DNA of 50,015 nucleotides, taken from the NCBI GenBank assembly GCA_044222475.1, contig JBGANF010000049.1, forward strand, positions 1 to 50,015. Direction: 5' to 3'. The DNA is from Polyangiaceae bacterium. Its GTDB lineage: Bacteria > Myxococcota_A > Polyangia > Polyangiales > Polyangiaceae. Below are positions 19,191 to 28,178 of the stretch, piece by piece. Below the pieces are notes generated by a model, which ran no database searches, had not been told where the DNA came from, and saw only the letters and a list, made by a program, of their open reading frames with translations. The stretch's first letter is position 1, and each line of letters begins with the position of its first letter. The translations under genes were made by a program, and so were the position numbers.

Positions 19191-22100
19191 GCGAGCGCCT
19201 CCGCGTCGGGCGAGGCCGAGGCTGCGGGTTTCCTGCGCAAGAGCGAGTAGACCACAGGAACGAAGAAGAGCGTGGCGAACGTCGCGAAGAGCAGGCCGCC
19301 GATGACCGCGCGAGCGAGCGGGGCATTTTGCTCACCCCCCTCGCCGAAGCCGAGCGCCATCGGCACCATGCCGACGATCATGGCGAGGGCAGTCATGATG
19401 ACGGGGCGAAGGCGCGTCATCCCGGCGGCGAGCGCGGCCGACGGGGCGTCGCGCCCGGTCTTGCCCTTGCGTTGGTCGTTGGCGAACGTCACGACGAGGA
19501 CGCTGTTCGACGTCGCGACGCCGACGCACATGATCGCGCCCATGAGGGCCGGCACGCTGAGCGTGGTGTGCGTCGCGTAGAGCGACCACGCGATGCCCGA
19601 CAGCGCGCCCGGCAGCGCCATCAGGATGACGAGCGGATCGAGCCACGACTGGAAGTTCACGACGAGCAAGAGGTAGACGAGCACGATCGCGAAGCCGAGC
19701 CCGTACGCGAGGCCGCGAAACGAGGTGTTCATGCTCTCGACTTGGCCCTTGGTCTTGATGCTCGTGCCGCGAGGGAGCTTGCCCTCGACGCCGCGCACCG
19801 CCCGGGCCACGCCGTCGGCGACGGAGCCGAGGTCCGCGCCGTCGACGTTGGCGAGCACGTCGTAGGTCGGGAGCGCGTTGTAGTGGGTGATGTTCACCGG
19901 ACCCTGGATGCGCGCGATCTTGGCGATGTTGCCGAGGAGCTGCGGATCCTTGTTCGGCCCGAGCGACACCGGCGTGCGCTCGAGCGCGGCGAACGAGTCC
20001 ATCTGCCACTGCGGCGTCTGCACGGCGACGAGGTACTGGATGCCGCGGGTTCGATCGAGCCAGTACCCCGGAGACGTCTGCGTGCTCGACGAGAGCGACA
20101 GCAGCATGTCGCTCGAGACGTCGCGCGCGGTGAGGCCGACGTCGCTCGCGATCGCGCGGTCGACGTCGACGCGGAGCTCCGGGAGGTCGGGGACCTGCCC
20201 GAGGTGGACGTCGACGGCGCCCGGGATCTGCGAGATGGTCCGGACGAGCTCGCGCGCGATGTCGAGGTTCTTCGGCTGGTTGCCGAGCGGGCCGGTGATC
20301 TGCACGTCGATCGGCGCGGAGATGCCGAAGTTCAGCACCTGGGTCGAGATGTCGGGAGCCAGGAAGAAGAACGTCGTGTCGGGGTGGCGCTCCGCGAGGA
20401 CGCGACGGAGCTCGTGCACGTACTCCGACGTCGGCCGGTGACCGGGCTTCAGCGCGATGAGGATCTCGCCGTCGCTCGACGAGATCATCGAGGGGTCACC
20501 GAGCGAGAGGTTGATGCCGCTGACCGGGACGCCCATGTTGTCGAGCAGGGTCGACGTGTCCTTCGGGGGGACGACGGTGGCGATCGTGGCCTCGATCGCA
20601 GTGAAGCGCTTCTCGGTCTCTTCGACGCGGGTCCCCGGCGGGACGCGCACGTGGAGGCGGATCAGCCCTGCGTCGACCGACGGGAAGAAGTCCCGCCCGA
20701 CCGCGGGGTACAGCGCGAACGAACCGACGAAGAGGAGCGCGAACGCAGCGAGGGTGAGCTTCGGGTGATGGAGCGCGGTCGCGAGCGCCCGGCCGTAGGC
20801 CGCCCGCATCGCGGCGAAGCGGCGCTCGAACGCGGCGTGGAAGCGCCCGAAGACGCCGCGCGGCTTGGCCGAAGCAGCTCCCGCGCGGTGGGTCTTCGCC
20901 TCGCTGGCGAGAAGGTAGCGGACCATCGTCGGGACCAGCGTCCGCGAGAGGAGGTACGACGTGAGCATCGCGAACACGACGGCCAATGCGAGCGGAAGGA
21001 ACAACGAGCGGGCCGCGCCGGTGAGGAACGCGACCGGAACGAAGACGATGCAGATGCAGAGCGTGGAGACGAACGCCGGTACCGCGATCTGCTGCGCGCC
21101 GTGGAGGATCGCGTCGACGAGCTTGTCGTGCTTGGCGAAGTTCCGGTGGATGTTCTCGATCTCGACCGTGGCGTCGTCGACGAGGATGCCGACGGCGAGC
21201 GACAGGCCGCCGAGGGTCATCACGTTGAGCGTCTGTCCGAGCGCCGAGAGGATGGTGATCGACATCAAGATCGAGAGCGGGATCGAGACGATGACGATGA
21301 ACGTGCTCCGGAAGCTCCCGAGGAACAGGAGGATCATCAGCCCGGTCAGGATTGCGGCGGTGATGCCCTCTTTGACGACCCCGTCGACCGCGGCGCGCAC
21401 GAAGAGGGACTGATCGAACAGGAGGTTTGCGTTCAGCTCCTTCGGAACGGTCGCCATGATCCCCGGCATCGCTGCGCGAACGCCAGCCGCGACCTCGAGC
21501 GTGCTCGTGTTGCCGCCCTTCAGGATCGGAAGCAGGATCGCGCGGCGACCGTTCGCGTGGACGATGTTCGTCTGCGGCGAGAACCCGTCGTGGACCGTCG
21601 CGACGTCGCGCACGTAGACCGTCGTCCCGCGAGTCGTTCGGATCGGGATCGCGTTCAGCTCGTCGAAGACGTCGGGGCTCGCGTTGCTGAGGACGGGGTA
21701 CTCGCTCGCGCCGATCTTGATCGTGCCGCTGGGCAAGATGAGGTTCTGCGCGTTGATCGCCGCCGACACGTCGCGCGCGGAGAGGTTCCAGCCGAAGAGG
21801 CGGCTCTGATCAAGATCGACCACGATCTGACGCTGGCGCCCGCCGTAGGGGTACGGCATCTGCGCGCCGTTCACCGTCGTGAGCCCGGCGCGCACGAAGT
21901 TCACGCCGTAGTCGAAGAGGTACTGCTCGGGCAGCGTCTCGCTGTCGAGCACCATCTGGAGGATCGGGACGTTCGACGCGCTGTACCGGATGATGAGCGG
22001 CGGAGTCGCTCCAGGCGGCATCATGCGCACCGCGGTCTGCGACACCGCGGTGATTTGAGCCGTCGCGGCCTCGAGCTTCGCGCCCGGCTGGAGGAAGACC

Positions 22101-22378
22101 TTGATCACGCCGACGCCCTGGAGGCTCTGGCTCTCGACGTGCTCGATGTCGTTGACGGTCGTCGTGATGAAGCGCTCGAAGTTGCCGACGACCCGGCGGT
22201 CCATCTCCTCCGGCGGGAGGCCGTTGTAGTTCCACACGATCGAGATCACCGGGATGTCGATCTCCGGAAGGATGTCGGTCGGCATCCGCGCGATCGTCAG
22301 GGCGCCGAGGAGCAACATCCCCATCGCCATGACGACGAAGGTGTACGGGCGGCGCAGCGCGAGGAGGACGATCCACAT
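19187..22378 (-). CDS. RND efflux permease subunit (AcrB/NolG-like)
   Basis: MWIVLLALRRPYTF start; LAVGILVDDATVEIENIHR; RLRPVIMTALAMIVGMVPMALG. Confidence 0.94.
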   Translation of the reverse strand: MWIVLLALRRPYTFVVMAMGMLLLGALTIARMPTDILPEIDIPVISIVWNYNGLPPEEMDRRVVGNFERFITTTVNDIEHVESQSLQGVGVIKVFLQPGAKLEAATAQITAVSQTAVRMMPPGATPPLIIRYSASNVPILQMVLDSETLPEQYLFDYGVNFVRAGLTTVNGAQMPYPYGGRQRQIVVDLDQSRLFGWNLSARDVSAAINAQNLILPSGTIKIGASEYPVLSNASPDVFDELNAIPIRTTRGTTVYVRDVATVHDGFSPQTNIVHANGRRAILLPILKGGNTSTLEVAAGVRAAMPGIMATVPKELNANLLFDQSLFVRAAVDGVVKEGITAAILTGLMILLFLGSFRSTFIVIVSIPLSILMSITILSALGQTLNVMTLGGLSLAVGILVDDATVEIENIHRNFAKHDKLVDAILHGAQQIAVPAFVSTLCICIVFVPVAFLTGAARSLFLPLALAVVFAMLTSYLLSRTLVPTMVRYLLASEAKTHRAGAASAKPRGVFGRFHAAFERRFAAMRAAYGRALATALHHPKLTLAAFALLFVGSFALYPAVGRDFFPSVDAGLIRLHVRVPPGTRVEETEKRFTAIEATIATVVPPKDTSTLLDNMGVPVSGINLSLGDPSMISSSDGEILIALKPGHRPTSEYVHELRRVLAERHPDTTFFFLAPDISTQVLNFGISAPIDVQITGPLGNQPKNLDIARELVRTISQIPGAVDVHLGQVPDLPELRVDVDRAIASDVGLTARDVSSDMLLSLSSSTQTSPGYWLDRTRGIQYLVAVQTPQWQMDSFAALERTPVSLGPNKDPQLLGNIAKIARIQGPVNITHYNALPTYDVLANVDGADLGSVADGVARAVRGVEGKLPRGTSIKTKGQVESMNTSFRGLAYGLGFAIVLVYLLLVVNFQSWLDPLVILMALPGALSGIAWSLYATHTTLSVPALMGAIMCVGVATSNSVLVVTFANDQRKGKTGRDAPSAALAAGMTRLRPVIMTALAMIVGMVPMALGFGEGGEQNAPLARAVIGGLLFATFATLFFVPVVYSLLRRKPAASASPDAEALA

Positions 22379-22553
22379 CGAAAGCCCGATCTTGCGCAGT
22401 TTGTCGGCAGAGTCCAATACGGGATGCGGACGCTGTGGCGGCGGTGATGCGTCGTCCGCGTCCAGGCGCGCAAAACGTGACGCCCTCGTGACTCCACAGG
22501 AAATGGCGCGTTCGCCGCGTGGCTTGCTATCCTGGTAGAGAGTCTCGGCGTCC

Positions 22554-24185
22554 ATGTATCCCCAGATCTTCGGCAAATACGTGCTCGAGCGCGAGCTCGC
22601 CCGCGGGGGAATGGCGCGCGTGATCTTGGCGACGCTGCGCGGCGCCGGCGGCTTCGAGAAGCGCCTCGTCGTGAAGCAGATCCGCGACGAGCTCGCCACC
22701 GACGCCGAGTTCGTTCGACGCTTCGTCGCCGAAGCAAAGACGACCGTTGCGCTGAGCCACCCCAACATCGTCCCGGTGTACGAGCTCGGCGTCGAGCAGG
22801 GCACGTACTTCCTGGCGATGGAGCTCGTCGACGGCGTGAGCATCGCCGAGCTCCTCAACGAGGGGAAGCTCTCGCCGGAGGAAGGCGCCTACGTCGGCGT
22901 CGAGGTCTGCCGCGCGCTCGACTACGCGCACCGACGCATGAAGGTCGTCCACCGCGACATCACGCCGCGCAACGTCATGGTCGACGAAGAGGGGCAAGTG
23001 AAGCTCATCGACTTCGGGATCGCGTCGATGGCGCGCCTCGAGTCGACCGAACAGCAGGTGTTCGGCTCGCCGGGGCACATGCCGCCGGAGCAAATGACCG
23101 GTACCAACGTGGGACCGGCGGCGGACATCTTCGCGGTCGGTGCGCTGCTCCTCGAAGCGTGGAGCACCAAGGCTCCGTTCCGGCGCAAGAAGCAGGAAGA
23201 CATCGACGCAGCGCTGAACGCGCCGCACCCGAAGCCGAGCGACGCCGACATTCGGCTGCTCCCTCTCGACGAGATCGTCGCGCGGTGCACGCTCCTCTCG
23301 CCCGACGAGCGCCTGGGCGAAGCCGAGGAGCTCGGGCGCGCGCTCCGCAAGTTCCTCTCCGGCGTCGACCTCGGGGACATCGCTCGCGGGCTCGGCGAGC
23401 GAGTGCGCGCCGCGCGCGCTGCGCAGAAGACGCGCGCGGAGGGCCCTACGAGCATCCCGCGCGCGCGTGTCGCGAGCTCGCACGAGGTCGTGACGAAGAC
23501 GTTCGCCGCCCGCGACGAGGTCGACGGGTGGAGCGCGCGGCCACCGCCCAGCGACGACACCGGCGATGCGCCAAGCACCCGCAAGGTCGAGTCGTCGGCG
23601 CCGCCGCCCAACGGCGACGAGAAGGTCGAGCCCGAGACGATCGCGACGAGGCCGCTCGAGACGCCGGCGAAGGTCACGCCGCCGAAGCCCAAGGATCCGC
23701 CGCGGATCGGGCTCGTGATCGGTGGAGTCATCGCGATCGCGCTGGGTTGGTTCGCGTGGCGAGGGGCGCAGAGCGGAAACGGAGGGAACGTCGTCGCGAC
23801 GGCGACGGTGACCGCGACCGCGACGCCGTCCGCGCCTCCCACGACGACGACGAGCGCCGCACCGACCGCATCGGCTCCGCCCACGACGACCGCCACGTCG
23901 AGCGTCCCCTCGATCGCCTCGACCGGCGCAGACGTCGCGGTCGTGGCGAAGGCTCACCTGTCGCTCGTCGGCGATCTCGGAACGCGCGCCAGCGTCGACG
24001 GGAAGCCCGCGGGCGCGTGCCCCGTCTCCGACTTCGTCGTCGATCCCGGCGAGCACGACGTGCGATTCACCTTCGACACGACGGGCGAGAGCACCGGCAC
24101 GCGCCTGCGCGTCGGCCCGGGCGAGCGGGTCACGCTCACCGGTGACTTCGCCGGGGCGACGCCGACGGTGCACGTCCGGCACTGA
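22554..24185 (+). CDS. Hanks-type Ser/Thr protein kinase with TM and C-terminal PEGA-like domain
   Basis: RGGMARV, VVKQI, HRDITPRNV, KLIDFG, GSPGHMPPEQ; TM IGLVIGGVIAIALGWFAW; Thr-rich linker; ASVDGKPAGACP..VDPGEHDV. Confidence 0.93.
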   Translation: MYPQIFGKYVLERELARGGMARVILATLRGAGGFEKRLVVKQIRDELATDAEFVRRFVAEAKTTVALSHPNIVPVYELGVEQGTYFLAMELVDGVSIAELLNEGKLSPEEGAYVGVEVCRALDYAHRRMKVVHRDITPRNVMVDEEGQVKLIDFGIASMARLESTEQQVFGSPGHMPPEQMTGTNVGPAADIFAVGALLLEAWSTKAPFRRKKQEDIDAALNAPHPKPSDADIRLLPLDEIVARCTLLSPDERLGEAEELGRALRKFLSGVDLGDIARGLGERVRAARAAQKTRAEGPTSIPRARVASSHEVVTKTFAARDEVDGWSARPPPSDDTGDAPSTRKVESSAPPPNGDEKVEPETIATRPLETPAKVTPPKPKDPPRIGLVIGGVIAIALGWFAWRGAQSGNGGNVVATATVTATATPSAPPTTTTSAAPTASAPPTTTATSSVPSIASTGADVAVVAKAHLSLVGDLGTRASVDGKPAGACPVSDFVVDPGEHDVRFTFDTTGESTGTRLRVGPGERVTLTGDFAGATPTVHVRH

Positions 24186-24219
24186 TCTCATCGCATCGCC
24201 CCATGATCCAACGATTCAT

Positions 24220-24414
24220 GGCGCCCCGGACTGAAGTCCGGGGCAGCATCGGGCTCATTGCCATTCTCGACCAAAGCCCGCCCAGGAGGGCGGGCTCATG
24301 GTGTTTGGTGTACCACCTTGGGACGCGTCCCCATCGGGAGTCCGCCCTCTTGGGCGGACTTTGAGCGAGTCCCCAAAGGGTCCGTTGCTGCCCCGGACTT
24401 CAGTCCGGGGCGCC
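24220..24414. repeat. REP/REPIN-like nested palindromic element
   Basis: Perfect 29-bp terminal inverted repeats (GGCGCCCCGGACTGAAGTCCGGGGCAGCA; 24220-24248 and 24386-24414), each itself a hairpin, enclosing a second inverted pair of 26-bp hairpins (24272-24297, 24338-24363). Confidence 0.88.
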
Positions 24415-24462
24415 CAGCATCTCTGACTTCCGATCGGACTCCTCGTCGTGCGAAATAGGTGG

Positions 24463-25308
24463 ATGCGCCGCTCGATCCGCCGCCTCTTCCGCGAGCCTCT
24501 GGTCCACTTCTTCCTCTTGGGGAGCCTGCTCCTCGTCGCTCATGGTGCGTTCGCGAAGAAGCCCGAACGCACCATCGAGGTGACCGCGAAGGTGACGTCC
24601 GCGCTCCGCGCCGACCACGAGCGGCGCACCGGGAAACCGCCCACGGGCGACGAGATGCGCGCGCTCGTCGATCAGTGGATCGACGACGAGGTACGGGTGC
24701 GCGAGGCGCAGTCGCTCGGTCTCGATCGCGGTGACGTCATCGTGCGTCGGCGGCTCGCGCAGAAGGCGGACTTCCTCTTCGAGGGCGACGTGGAGGAGCC
24801 CGAGCCCACCGACGCGGAGCTCCTCGCCTACCGCGACGCGCACGCGACGCAGTTCGCGCGGTCACCGCGCATCACGATGACGCATGTGTTCTTCAGCAGC
24901 CAGATCCACGGAGGCGATACCGCGCGGCTCGCGGCGGAGGCTGCGACCAAGCTCGCCGCCGGGGCCGACGCAGCGACGCTCGGCGATCCGTTCCTTCGCG
25001 GGTCGTCGTTCCACGATCGGACCGAGGCCGAGCTCGCTTCGATCGTGGGAGCCGAAGCGGCGCACGTGGCGAGCACGGTCGACGTCGATCGGTGGTCCGC
25101 ACCGGTGACGTCGGCGGCGGGGCTTCACCTGATCCGTGTGACGGAGCGTCACGACGACGCCGGGATCGATCCTTCGCTCCGCGGCGAGCTGCGCGCGGCG
25201 TGGCTCGAGGAGCGGCGCGAGCAGGCGCGAAAGGCTGCCGTCACCGAGCGGCGAAGGGCGTACGACGTGCGCATCGACGACGGCGCGTTGCCCGGGGCGG
25301 ACCGATGA
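24463..25308 (+). CDS. PpiC/rotamase-type peptidyl-prolyl isomerase-like protein (DUF3604-cluster type)
   Basis: REPLVHFFLLG, DEVRVREAQSLGLDRGDVIVRRRLAQK, WSAPVTSAAGLHLIRV. Confidence 0.85.
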   Translation: MRRSIRRLFREPLVHFFLLGSLLLVAHGAFAKKPERTIEVTAKVTSALRADHERRTGKPPTGDEMRALVDQWIDDEVRVREAQSLGLDRGDVIVRRRLAQKADFLFEGDVEEPEPTDAELLAYRDAHATQFARSPRITMTHVFFSSQIHGGDTARLAAEAATKLAAGADAATLGDPFLRGSSFHDRTEAELASIVGAEAAHVASTVDVDRWSAPVTSAAGLHLIRVTERHDDAGIDPSLRGELRAAWLEERREQARKAAVTERRRAYDVRIDDGALPGADR

Positions 25309-26264
25309 TGCGCCGCTTCGCGCTCCTCGTCGTCGTGCTCGTCGGGTTGCTGTTCGCCCCGCGCGCGCAGGCCCACGGCTTCGCGCCGCGTTTGCTCGAG
25401 ATCCGCGAGCGAGGCGACGGCATCTGGGACACGGAGCTGCGCGGGGGCACGACCGAAGCGCCACCGCAGGTGCACTTCCCCGTTTCGTGCGCCGAGCTCT
25501 CGACCGACGAGGAGCACGGCCGAACGAGCCTTCGGTGCGGGGACCTGCGAGGCGCGGAGATCTCCGCGTCGGTCGATCGCCGGAGCGAGCTGCTCGTGCA
25601 GGTCCACTTCCTCGACGGTACGTCGGCGAACGGATCGCTCCACGACGAGACCGACCGGTTCGTGGTGCCGCGCCTCCATGATCCGCCGACGGCGATCGGC
25701 GCGTGGGTGGTCCTCGGGATGCGCCACATCGCGTTCGGGTTCGACCACCTCCTGTTCGTCGCCGCGCTGTTCTTCCTGGTGCGGTCGCGCGCGAGCCTGA
25801 TCGCGTCTCTCTCGGCGTTCACCGTCGCGCACAGCGTGACGCTGGCGCTGGGCGTGCTGGGGATCGCGTCGATTCCGCCGTCTCTCGCCGAGGCGCTCAT
25901 CGCGCTCTCGGTCGCGTGCCTCGCGGCGGAGCTCGCGCGGAAGCAGCGGCCCGAGAAGACCCTCTCCGCGCGGCACCCGTGGTCGGTCGCGCTCGCGTTC
26001 GGGTTGCTCCACGGGACCGGCTTCGCAAGCGGGCTTCGGGAGCTCGGGATCGGCGGCGGGTCCGTGGCGCGCGCGCTCTTCGGCTTCAACCTCGGCGTCG
26101 AGCTGGGCCAGCTCGCGTTCGTCATCGTGCTCGCGGTGTTCGCTGCCGCGATGCGCCGAGTCCCCGTCGCCCGCGCGCTTTTGCGACCTCGGGTGTTCGG
26201 CTATGCGGCGGGGGCGCTCGCGGCCGCGTGGACGATCGAGCGCGTGGGAGCGATGTTCTCATGA
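25305..26264 (+). CDS. HupE/UreJ-family membrane protein
   Basis: Signal peptide AQA-H; LGMRHIAFGFDHLLF, AFTVAHSVTL, FGLLHGTGFA, GFNLGVELGQ. Confidence 0.9.
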   Translation: MMRRFALLVVVLVGLLFAPRAQAHGFAPRLLEIRERGDGIWDTELRGGTTEAPPQVHFPVSCAELSTDEEHGRTSLRCGDLRGAEISASVDRRSELLVQVHFLDGTSANGSLHDETDRFVVPRLHDPPTAIGAWVVLGMRHIAFGFDHLLFVAALFFLVRSRASLIASLSAFTVAHSVTLALGVLGIASIPPSLAEALIALSVACLAAELARKQRPEKTLSARHPWSVALAFGLLHGTGFASGLRELGIGGGSVARALFGFNLGVELGQLAFVIVLAVFAAAMRRVPVARALLRPRVFGYAAGALAAAWTIERVGAMFS

Positions 26265-28177
26265 AGCGCTCGGTCCTCCTCGGTCTTCCCCTGCTCTTCC
26301 TCGCGCTCTCGCGGTGCAGCATGAGCGACCCGCCACCGGCGCCGTTCATCGAGCCGCACGTCGCGTGCGCCGAGCGCGATCCGCTGCGCCGGCCGTTCTT
26401 CGGCGACCTGCACGTCCACACGACGTTCTCGTTCGACGCGCACATCTTCGACGTCCGCAACACGCCCGACGACGCGTATCGGTTCGCGCGCGGCGAAGCC
26501 GTGTCGCTTCCCCCGCTCGACGCGAACGGCAAGGGCACCCGGACGGTGCGCCTCGATCGTCCGCTCGACTTCGCGGCCGTGACCGACCACTCCGAGTACC
26601 TCGGCGAAGTGGAGCAGTGCACCGTGCCGTCGTCGCCGGCGTTCGACAGCGACACCTGCATCGCATACCGCGGCGAGCCCTACGCGGCGACGACGCGCTT
26701 CGGTTTCCCGCTCACGCTGGTGCCGCCGCGCCGCTTCGTGGACGTGTGTGGCGACGACGGCAAGGGTTGCGCCTCGGCTGCGCGCTCGGTGTGGCAACGC
26801 ATTCAGAGCGCCGCGGACGCTGCCTACGACAAGAGCGAGAGCTGCCGCTTCACCAGCTTCGTGGCCTACGAGTACACCGGCGTCACCGGCGGCGCGACGC
26901 AGCACCGCAACGTGATCTTCAAGAACGACCGAGTGCCCGAGCCGACGACCTACTTCGAGCAACCCACCGCCGAAGGTCTGTGGCAGGAGCTCGATCGCAC
27001 GTGCCGGAAGGCCGGGACCGGCTGCGACGTCCTCGCGATCCCCCACAACTCGAACGAGTCGAACGGCCGGATGTTCCACGTCGAGGCCGGCGGGGGCGAG
27101 GCCGAAGAACGCGCGAACGCATCGTTGCGGCGGAGCTTCGAGCCGGTGGCCGAGGTGTACCAACACAAGGGCGACTCCGAGTGCAAGAACGGGCTCGCCG
27201 GCGTCGCCGGCGCCCCCGACGAGCAGTGCGACTTCGAGAAGCGACCGAGGAAGAACCTCGGCGACTGCGGCGACGGGGTCGGAGGCGGAGGCGTGACCGA
27301 CAGCGGGTGCTTCTCGCGCCGCGACTTCGTCCGAGGCGCGCTGCTCGAGGGGCTGCGCATGCGAGCGCGACTCGGCGTGAACCCGTACCAACTTGGGATG
27401 ATCGCCAGCACCGACACCCACAACGGGACCCCCGGCTTCGTCGACGAGCGGACGTTCGGCGGACACCGCGGCACCGACGACGACACGCCGGCGAAGCAGC
27501 TCGGCCCCGGCGTGCTGACGCCCGGCGGGATCTCGTTCTCGGGCGGCGGGCTCGTGGGCGTGTGGGCGGAGGAGAACACCCGCGACGCGATCTTCGCCGC
27601 GCTCGCCCGCCGCGAGGCGTTCGGGACGAGCGGCCCGCGCATCGCGGTGCGCTTCTTCGGCGGTAAGAGCTTCGACGCGTCGCTCTGCGCCGATCCCGCC
27701 TTGGTCGCCAAGGGATACGCCGGCGGAGTGCCGATGGGAGGCACGCTCGGCGCGTCGACCTCGGCGCCGACGTTCGTCGTCGTCGCCGAAGCCGATCCGG
27801 GCCCTCCGTCCCAACCTGGTACACCGCTCCAGCGCATCCAGATCGTGAAAGGCTGGGCGTCGGCCGGCCTGGTCCACGAAACGGTCTACGACGTGGCCGG
27901 CTCCAAGGCCGACGGCACCGTCGACGACGCGACGTGCACGCGCACCGGCCCCGACACTCGTTCGCTGTGCGCGGCGTGGACCGATCCGGCCTTCGATCCC
28001 GCCGCCGACGCGTTCTACTACGTGCGGGTCCTCGAGCAGCCGACGTGCCGATGGAACGCGTGGGTGTGCAACGCGCTCCTGCCCGCGGATCGGCCGGCCG
28101 TCTGCTCCGATCCTGCCGTCCCGCGGACCATTCAGGAGCGCGCCTGGACGTCGCCGATCTGGTACGAGCCGCGCTGA
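26261..28177 (+). CDS. DUF3604 domain lipoprotein (PHP-like metallohydrolase)
   Basis: FFGDLHVHTTFSFDA, LDFAAVTDHSEYLG, HRNVIF, IPHNSNESNG, EVYQHKGDSE, STDTHNG, IQERAWTSPIWY; ATGA overlap with the upstream gene. Confidence 0.92.
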   Translation: MKRSVLLGLPLLFLALSRCSMSDPPPAPFIEPHVACAERDPLRRPFFGDLHVHTTFSFDAHIFDVRNTPDDAYRFARGEAVSLPPLDANGKGTRTVRLDRPLDFAAVTDHSEYLGEVEQCTVPSSPAFDSDTCIAYRGEPYAATTRFGFPLTLVPPRRFVDVCGDDGKGCASAARSVWQRIQSAADAAYDKSESCRFTSFVAYEYTGVTGGATQHRNVIFKNDRVPEPTTYFEQPTAEGLWQELDRTCRKAGTGCDVLAIPHNSNESNGRMFHVEAGGGEAEERANASLRRSFEPVAEVYQHKGDSECKNGLAGVAGAPDEQCDFEKRPRKNLGDCGDGVGGGGVTDSGCFSRRDFVRGALLEGLRMRARLGVNPYQLGMIASTDTHNGTPGFVDERTFGGHRGTDDDTPAKQLGPGVLTPGGISFSGGGLVGVWAEENTRDAIFAALARREAFGTSGPRIAVRFFGGKSFDASLCADPALVAKGYAGGVPMGGTLGASTSAPTFVVVAEADPGPPSQPGTPLQRIQIVKGWASAGLVHETVYDVAGSKADGTVDDATCTRTGPDTRSLCAAWTDPAFDPAADAFYYVRVLEQPTCRWNAWVCNALLPADRPAVCSDPAVPRTIQERAWTSPIWYEPR

Positions 28178-28178
28178 G

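Noticed and set aside
22393..22408. Possible third copy of the czc operator upstream of the second RND (TGTCGGC half-site)
   Set aside because: Only one half-site matches, and the spacing to the ATG (22.5 bp) differs from the 43.5 bp of the two good sites.
23062..23095. Kinase as pseudokinase because of GSPGHMPPE instead of GTPxYMxPE
   Set aside because: The catalytic Lys, HRD, Asn and DFG are intact, so the variation is not enough to call it inactive.
24220..24414. CRISPR array or intact IS
   Set aside because: The repeats are inverted rather than direct, with no spacer series, no cas gene and no transposase ORF.
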